Source: an uncultured bacterium
Lineage (GTDB): Bacteria; Actinomycetota; Coriobacteriia; Coriobacteriales; Atopobiaceae
NCBI GenBank assembly: GCA_905214175.1
Contig: CAJMLD010000001.1
Coordinates: 1 to 34,692, forward strand
Direction: 5' to 3'
DNA: 34,692 nucleotides
This document shows positions 29,200-34,692 of the stretch, piece after piece. The position numbers and the translations under genes are program-made. The notes under the pieces are model-generated. The model made no database searches and was not told the DNA's origin. It worked only from the letters and a program-made list of their open reading frames with translations. The first letter of the stretch is position 1. Each line of letters opens with the position of its first letter.

Positions 29200-29415
29200 C
29201 TACTTCTGTGCAGCGGACTTCTCCGCGGCGATCTGACGGGCGCGAATCTCGGTCTGGACGCGAGCGATATCGCGCTTCACGAGCTTGACGCGAGCGGTGT
29301 TGTCCAGCTGGCTGGTGGCCATCTGAAAACGGAGGTTGAAGAGCTCGGCTCTGCTGTCGTCCAGCTTCTTGGCCAGCTCCTCGTCCGAGAGGGCCTGGAT
29401 GTCCTTGTACTTCAT
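29200..29415 (-). CDS. rpmC: 50S ribosomal protein L29
   Basis: ELFNLRFQ, KRDIARVQT. Confidence 0.97.
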   Translation of the reverse strand: MKYKDIQALSDEELAKKLDDSRAELFNLRFQMATSQLDNTARVKLVKRDIARVQTEIRARQIAAEKSAAQK

Positions 29416-29420
29416 GGTGA

Positions 29421-29846
29421 CTATTCCTCCCCGTCCTGGTCGGCGCGGGTGACGATCTTGGTCTTGATGGGCAGCTTGTGCTGGGCGAGACGCAGGGCCT
29501 CCTTGGCGGTGGCCTCATCGACGCCAGCGATCTCGAACATGATGCGGCCCGGCTTCACGACGGCCACCCACTCCTCGGGGTTACCCTTACCGGAACCCAT
29601 GCGGGTCTCAGCCGGCTTCTTGGTAATGGGCTTATCCGGGAAGATGGTGATCCAGATCTTGCCGCCACGCTTCATCTCACGAGTGATGGCGACACGAGCA
29701 GCCTCGATCTGGCGGTTGGTGATCCAGTGAGCCTCCTCGGCCCTCAGGCCGTAATCGCCAAAGTAGAGCTTGGTGTTGCCCTTGGCGTGGCCCTTCATGG
29801 AACCGCGCTGGACCTTGCGGTGAAGAACGCGCTTAGGTGCGAGCAT
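29421..29846 (-). CDS. rplP: 50S ribosomal protein L16
   Basis: QIEAAR, RMGSGKG, KLPIKT. Confidence 0.99.
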   Translation of the reverse strand: MLAPKRVLHRKVQRGSMKGHAKGNTKLYFGDYGLRAEEAHWITNRQIEAARVAITREMKRGGKIWITIFPDKPITKKPAETRMGSGKGNPEEWVAVVKPGRIMFEIAGVDEATAKEALRLAQHKLPIKTKIVTRADQDGEE

Positions 29847-30556
29847 TAACGGCTCCTCCTCTCATTGCGGGCGCGACGGGGACGAGAAGAGCCCTCGAGA
29901 GCCGGCGTGGGCTTGGGCTGACCAGGCAGCTTCTCGCCCTGATAGATCCAAACCTTGATGCCGCAGGCGCCCATGGTGGTGCGGGCAGTGGCGGTGCCAT
30001 AGTCGATGACGGCACGCAGGGTGTGCAGAGGCACGCGACCCTCGCGGTACCACTCGCGGCGACCCATCTCGGCGCCGTTCAGACGGCCGGAGCACTGAAT
30101 GCGGATGCCCTTAGCGCCAGCCTTGCGGGCGGACTGAACCGCCTTGCGCATGGCACGACGGAAGGCAACGCGCTGCTCGAGCTGCTCAGCGATGGACTGC
30201 GCAACGAGGTTGGCGTCGAGCTCGGGGCGCTTGACCTCGATGACGTCGACGGCAACCTGGCCCTTGCCGACCTTGGCAACCTTCTCGAGTTCGGAACGCA
30301 GGACGTCAATCTCGGCGCCCTTCTTGCCGATAACGATGCCCGGGCGGGCGGTATAGAGGGTGACCTTCACCTTGTCGCCGGCGCGCTCGATGTCAACGCG
30401 GGAAAGGGCGGCCTTCTCAAGACGCTTCTCGAGGAACTTGCGGATCTCGAGATCGTTGCCGAGCTTCTCGGCGTAGTTCTTATCGGCGTACCAACGGGAA
30501 CGCCAGTCCTCGGTGATGCCGAGACGGAAGCCGGTAGGCTGAACCTTCTGACCCAT
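29846..30556 (-). CDS. rpsC: 30S ribosomal protein S3
   Basis: [25 protein letters not shown]. Confidence 0.99.
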   Translation of the reverse strand: MGQKVQPTGFRLGITEDWRSRWYADKNYAEKLGNDLEIRKFLEKRLEKAALSRVDIERAGDKVKVTLYTARPGIVIGKKGAEIDVLRSELEKVAKVGKGQVAVDVIEVKRPELDANLVAQSIAEQLEQRVAFRRAMRKAVQSARKAGAKGIRIQCSGRLNGAEMGRREWYREGRVPLHTLRAVIDYGTATARTTMGACGIKVWIYQGEKLPGQPKPTPALEGSSRPRRARNERRSR

Positions 30557-30563
30557 GCTTTCC

Positions 30564-30923
30564 CTACGCCTCCTTTCGAGGAGCGACGATGACGGTGATG
30601 TGGCTCGTGCGCTTGTTGATGCGCGACGCGGAGCCCTTGGCGCGAGGACGGATGCGCTTGAGCGTGGGGCCCTCGTCGACGTAGCAGTACTTCACGTACA
30701 GGTCATCACCGCGAAGGCCATTGTTGTTCTCGGCGTTTGCGATGGCGGAACGCAGGACCTTCGAGATGTCGTAGGCAGCCGCACGCTTGGTGAACTGCAG
30801 GATCTCGAGAGCCTTGTCAACGGGCTTGTTGCGGATGAGGTCCACGACGGCGCGAGCCTTGCGCGGGGCAATGCGCACGTAGCGGGCGACGGCCCTGACC
30901 TCGTTGGAATCGGTGTTAGCCAT
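30564..30923 (-). CDS. rplV: 50S ribosomal protein L22
   Basis: [26 protein letters not shown]. Confidence 0.98.
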   Translation of the reverse strand: MANTDSNEVRAVARYVRIAPRKARAVVDLIRNKPVDKALEILQFTKRAAAYDISKVLRSAIANAENNNGLRGDDLYVKYCYVDEGPTLKRIRPRAKGSASRINKRTSHITVIVAPRKEA

Positions 30924-30936
30924 TCGAGCTTACCCC

Positions 30937-31197
30937 CTAGTTAGCCTTGTGGCCACGGAAGGTGCGGGTGGGAGCGAACTCGCCCAGCTTGTGACCGACC
31001 ATGGACTCGGTGATGTACACGGGAACGTGCTTGCGACCATCGTGAACCGCGATCGTGTGGCCGACCATCTCCGGGTAGATGGTGGAGGAGCGGGACCAGG
31101 TCTTGATGACGTCCTTCTTGCCAGCCTCGTTCATAGCGGTGACACGCGCGAGGAGGCGAGTCTCCACGAACGGACCCTTCTTGAGACTTCTGCTCAT
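30937..31197 (-). CDS. rpsS: 30S ribosomal protein S19
   Basis: [24 protein letters not shown]. Confidence 0.99.
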   Translation of the reverse strand: MSRSLKKGPFVETRLLARVTAMNEAGKKDVIKTWSRSSTIYPEMVGHTIAVHDGRKHVPVYITESMVGHKLGEFAPTRTFRGHKAN

Positions 31198-31226
31198 GCT
31201 TTCTTTCTCCTACTACTCGTGTACTG

Positions 31227-32063
<837 letters not shown>

Positions 32064-32198
32064 TACTTCTTTCCCTTCTATTTCCGTTGGCCACCCTGCT
32101 CAGGGATTGGCGGGGTGACACCGGATTACCACGGTACCGCGCGTATCCATCATGCGCGGCATAAGAGCCCGGACCCCATAAGGGGCCGGGCAGAGTTG

Positions 32199-32504
32199 CT
32201 ACTCGGCGTCGGCCTGCTGCTGGGTAGCGAAGATCTCGATCTGCTCACCGGGGGCGAGCGTCACGATGGCCTTCTTCCAGCTGCGGGTCATACCAACCTG
32301 GTAGCGAACGCGCTTGGCCTTGCCGCGCACGTTGATGGTGTTGACCTTGACCACGTGGACGTTGAAGAGCTTCTCAACGGCCTCGGCAATCTCCTCCTTG
32401 GGAGCCTTCTTGGCAACCTCGAAGGTGTACTTGCCCTGCTCCATGAGGTCGTAAGAACGCTCGGAGACCACGGGGCGGATGATGACGTCGTAGACGGACT
32501 GCAT
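32199..32504 (-). CDS. rplW: 50S ribosomal protein L23
   Basis: PVVSE, YTFEV, WKKAIVTL. Confidence 0.97.
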   Translation of the reverse strand: MQSVYDVIIRPVVSERSYDLMEQGKYTFEVAKKAPKEEIAEAVEKLFNVHVVKVNTINVRGKAKRVRYQVGMTRSWKKAIVTLAPGEQIEIFATQQQADAE

Positions 32505-33130
32505 TATGCAAGCACCTCCTCGAGCTGCTTCGCGATGTCGGTGGTCATGACGAGAGCACCGTTGTCGATGAGGTTGCGGGCGTTGGCCTCGGAGACGGCA
32601 ATGCAGTTGACCTTCTCCAGGTTGCGGAAGGAGAGGTAGCTGTTGACGTCGTCGTCGGGGATGACCACGGTGACGCGCTTGCCCGAGACGCCGAGGGCAT
32701 CGAGAACGGCCTTGGCCTGCTTGGTCGAGGGCTTCTCGAAGGAGAGGGCATCAACGAGGACGAGCTCGGAATCGGCAACCTTGCCGGAAAGCACGGACCT
32801 CATAGCGAGCTTGACCATCTTCTTGTTGATGCGCTTGGAGTGATCGCGCGGGGTGGGGCCAAAGACAACGCCGCCGCCGGTCCACTGGGCAGCACGGATG
32901 GAGCCCTGGCGGGCACGAGCGGTGCCCTTCTGGCGCCAAGGCTTGCGGCCGCCGCCGGAGACCTCGTGACGGTTCTTGGTGGAGTGGGTGCCCTGACGCA
33001 GGCAGGCGTCCTGGCAGACCACGACCTGATGGATGACCGGGATGTTCGGCTCGATGCCGAAGACGTCGTCGGAGAGGTCGGCCTGGCCGGCCGCCTGCCC
33101 CTCGACGTTCTTGATGTCGTACTTGGACAT
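32504..33130 (-). CDS. rplD: 50S ribosomal protein L4
   Basis: [25 protein letters not shown]. Confidence 0.99.
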   Translation of the reverse strand: MSKYDIKNVEGQAAGQADLSDDVFGIEPNIPVIHQVVVCQDACLRQGTHSTKNRHEVSGGGRKPWRQKGTARARQGSIRAAQWTGGGVVFGPTPRDHSKRINKKMVKLAMRSVLSGKVADSELVLVDALSFEKPSTKQAKAVLDALGVSGKRVTVVIPDDDVNSYLSFRNLEKVNCIAVSEANARNLIDNGALVMTTDIAKQLEEVLA

Positions 33131-33175
33131 GAGTCCTCCTTGTTAGCCTAAGTGTGTGCCTACTCGCGTGGGCCC

Positions 33176-33796
33176 CTAGGCCATGCGGACCTGGACCAGG
33201 GCGTTCTTGCCACCGGGCACGGCGCCCTTGATGAGCATGAGGTTCTGCTCGGCATCGACGCGGACGAGCTTGAGGTTCTTGACGGTAACGCGCTCGTCGC
33301 CCATGTGGCCGTACATGTGCAGGCCCTTGCGGACGCGGGCGGGGTAGGCGCACTGGCCAATGGAGCCAGGCTTACGCTGGTTGCGGCAGCCGTGGGTCAT
33401 GGGGCCGCGGGAGAAGTTCCAGCGCTTAACGGTGCCCTGGAAGCCCTTGCCCTTGGAGGTACCAATGACGTCGACGGACTTGACGTCGGCAAAATCAGCG
33501 ACGGTCACAACGTCGCCGGTGTGGTGCTCCTCGCCGTTCTCGACGCGAACCTCGCGCAGGTAGCGCATGGGCTCAACGCCGTGGGCGGCAAAGTGACCAG
33601 CCATGGGCTTGTTGACGTGCTTGGACTTGATGTCTCCGAAGCCGATCTGGACGGCGTCATAGCCGTCAGTCGCCTTCGTCTTCACCTGCGAGACGGTGCA
33701 GGGGCCAGCCTGGATGACGGTGACGGGGACAACGTTGTCGTCCTCATCCCACACCTGCGTCATTCCGAGCTTGCGGCCAAGGATCGTGCTGACCAT
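33176..33796 (-). CDS. rplC: 50S ribosomal protein L3 (start at 33796 or 33802)
   Basis: KLGMTQ, SKGKGFQG, KGAVPG. Confidence 0.99.
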   Translation of the reverse strand: MVSTILGRKLGMTQVWDEDDNVVPVTVIQAGPCTVSQVKTKATDGYDAVQIGFGDIKSKHVNKPMAGHFAAHGVEPMRYLREVRVENGEEHHTGDVVTVADFADVKSVDVIGTSKGKGFQGTVKRWNFSRGPMTHGCRNQRKPGSIGQCAYPARVRKGLHMYGHMGDERVTVKNLKLVRVDAEQNLMLIKGAVPGGKNALVQVRMA

Positions 33797-33922
33797 GCTC
33801 ATTCCTTACCCTCGGTGGTCATGGGACGATTGGGCAGCTCCTCTGCCCTCCCCAGCGGACCACGTCCTGTAGAAGCGGCACTTGGAGGCGAGACACAACT
33901 CTCCCCTTCGTGCAGCCTGTCT

Positions 33923-33951
33923 AGTTTACACGCAGGACCGGGTATTCACAA
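33923..33951 (-). promoter_or_regulatory. Candidate sigma70/SigA promoter for rplC
   Basis: Minus strand TTGTGA-17 nt-TAAACT, about 125 nt upstream of rplC. Confidence 0.6.
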
Positions 33952-34042
33952 TGTCTTCGCAGATTTTTTTGGCCCCAGGAGCTGGGGTTTCACATTCCGC
34001 GCCATCGGGCGTATCCATGGGCGAGCGCTGGGATTTCTCGTC

Positions 34043-34666
34043 TTACAACTGACGGGGAACGCCTCCGTTGGCAGGGATAAACGAGCCCATGACACCCTGG
34101 TGTTCGCGCTTCTCGTGAACAATGTCGCGGGCGAGAAGAACGATCGAAAACACACCCATAACAATGCCGAGAATCAGCAAGCAGAAGCCCGCGCCCAAGG
34201 TGACATAGTACGCCGTGGACGTAGAGCCAAGCAGCATAAGGCCCACCGTGCAGATCTCGAAGAGCGCAAATGCCGTGGTAATCGAGGAAAGAACGAGCGA
34301 TGCCGTACGGCGCCGCAGCATAGGCAGGACGGCGGTGACAATGGCGAGCAGGACGAGAACCGCGCCGTCGGGGGCGTCCGTCAGGGCTACGGAGTAGTCG
34401 TAGCTCATTCCAGAGACAACGAGAAACGGCAGGAACGCGGCGATGCCCATGAGGAGTGCCGCCGTAAGCGTGACAAGCTCGGCAGGGGTCACTGCCTTGT
34501 TGGCCTGTAGGCGCATCGAGGACATAGCGTCTCCCTGCGGCGTCTGTCCCGCATGAGTCGAATTTGTGGCAACGGCGTCTCTGGCAGACACCGAGAGGTC
34601 AAAGCCGCAGTTGGGGCAGAACTTCTCGGTACCGGCAAGCTTCTTTCCACACTGAGGACAGAACAT
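34043..34666 (-). CDS. Membrane protein with N-terminal zinc ribbon
   Basis: MFCPQCG-x8-FCPNCG, then a linker and about 4 TM helices. RBS aggggg. Confidence 0.85.
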   Translation of the reverse strand: MFCPQCGKKLAGTEKFCPNCGFDLSVSARDAVATNSTHAGQTPQGDAMSSMRLQANKAVTPAELVTLTAALLMGIAAFLPFLVVSGMSYDYSVALTDAPDGAVLVLLAIVTAVLPMLRRRTASLVLSSITTAFALFEICTVGLMLLGSTSTAYYVTLGAGFCLLILGIVMGVFSIVLLARDIVHEKREHQGVMGSFIPANGGVPRQL

Positions 34667-34692
34667 GCAACCCCCTAGCCTCACAGTCAACA

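Overview
High-GC bacterial chromosomal window. Gene content and protein style suggest Coriobacteriia, possibly Atopobiaceae/Olsenella-like (inference). The left part (1-16.1 kb) holds a 5'-truncated glmU, a cytoplasmic GH13 alpha-amylase, a type I asparaginase, an MFS exporter, pth, an nfnAB-type transhydrogenase pair, three GT2 glycosyltransferases, a degenerate LCP-like protein, a His-rich metal transporter and truA. The right part (16.2-33.8 kb, minus strand) is the S10-spc-alpha ribosomal cluster from rplC to rplQ, with secY, adk, map, infA and rpoA. Most unusual is the ~700-bp gap after nfnB. It holds a 100-bp inverted-repeat element and a 250-bp palindromic element in which 2+2 copies of a 25-mer (40-bp period) flank a ~21% GC core on one exact symmetry axis. 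Next comes a barnase-like RNase gene, broken by internal deletion and frameshift and missed by the ORF track, in front of an intact barstar. The ribosomal cluster is also broken twice. A dehydrogenase and a zinc-ribbon membrane protein sit behind a terminator between rplX and rplE. rpsJ is absent upstream of rplC, which has its own candidate promoter and is preceded by a second zinc-ribbon membrane protein.
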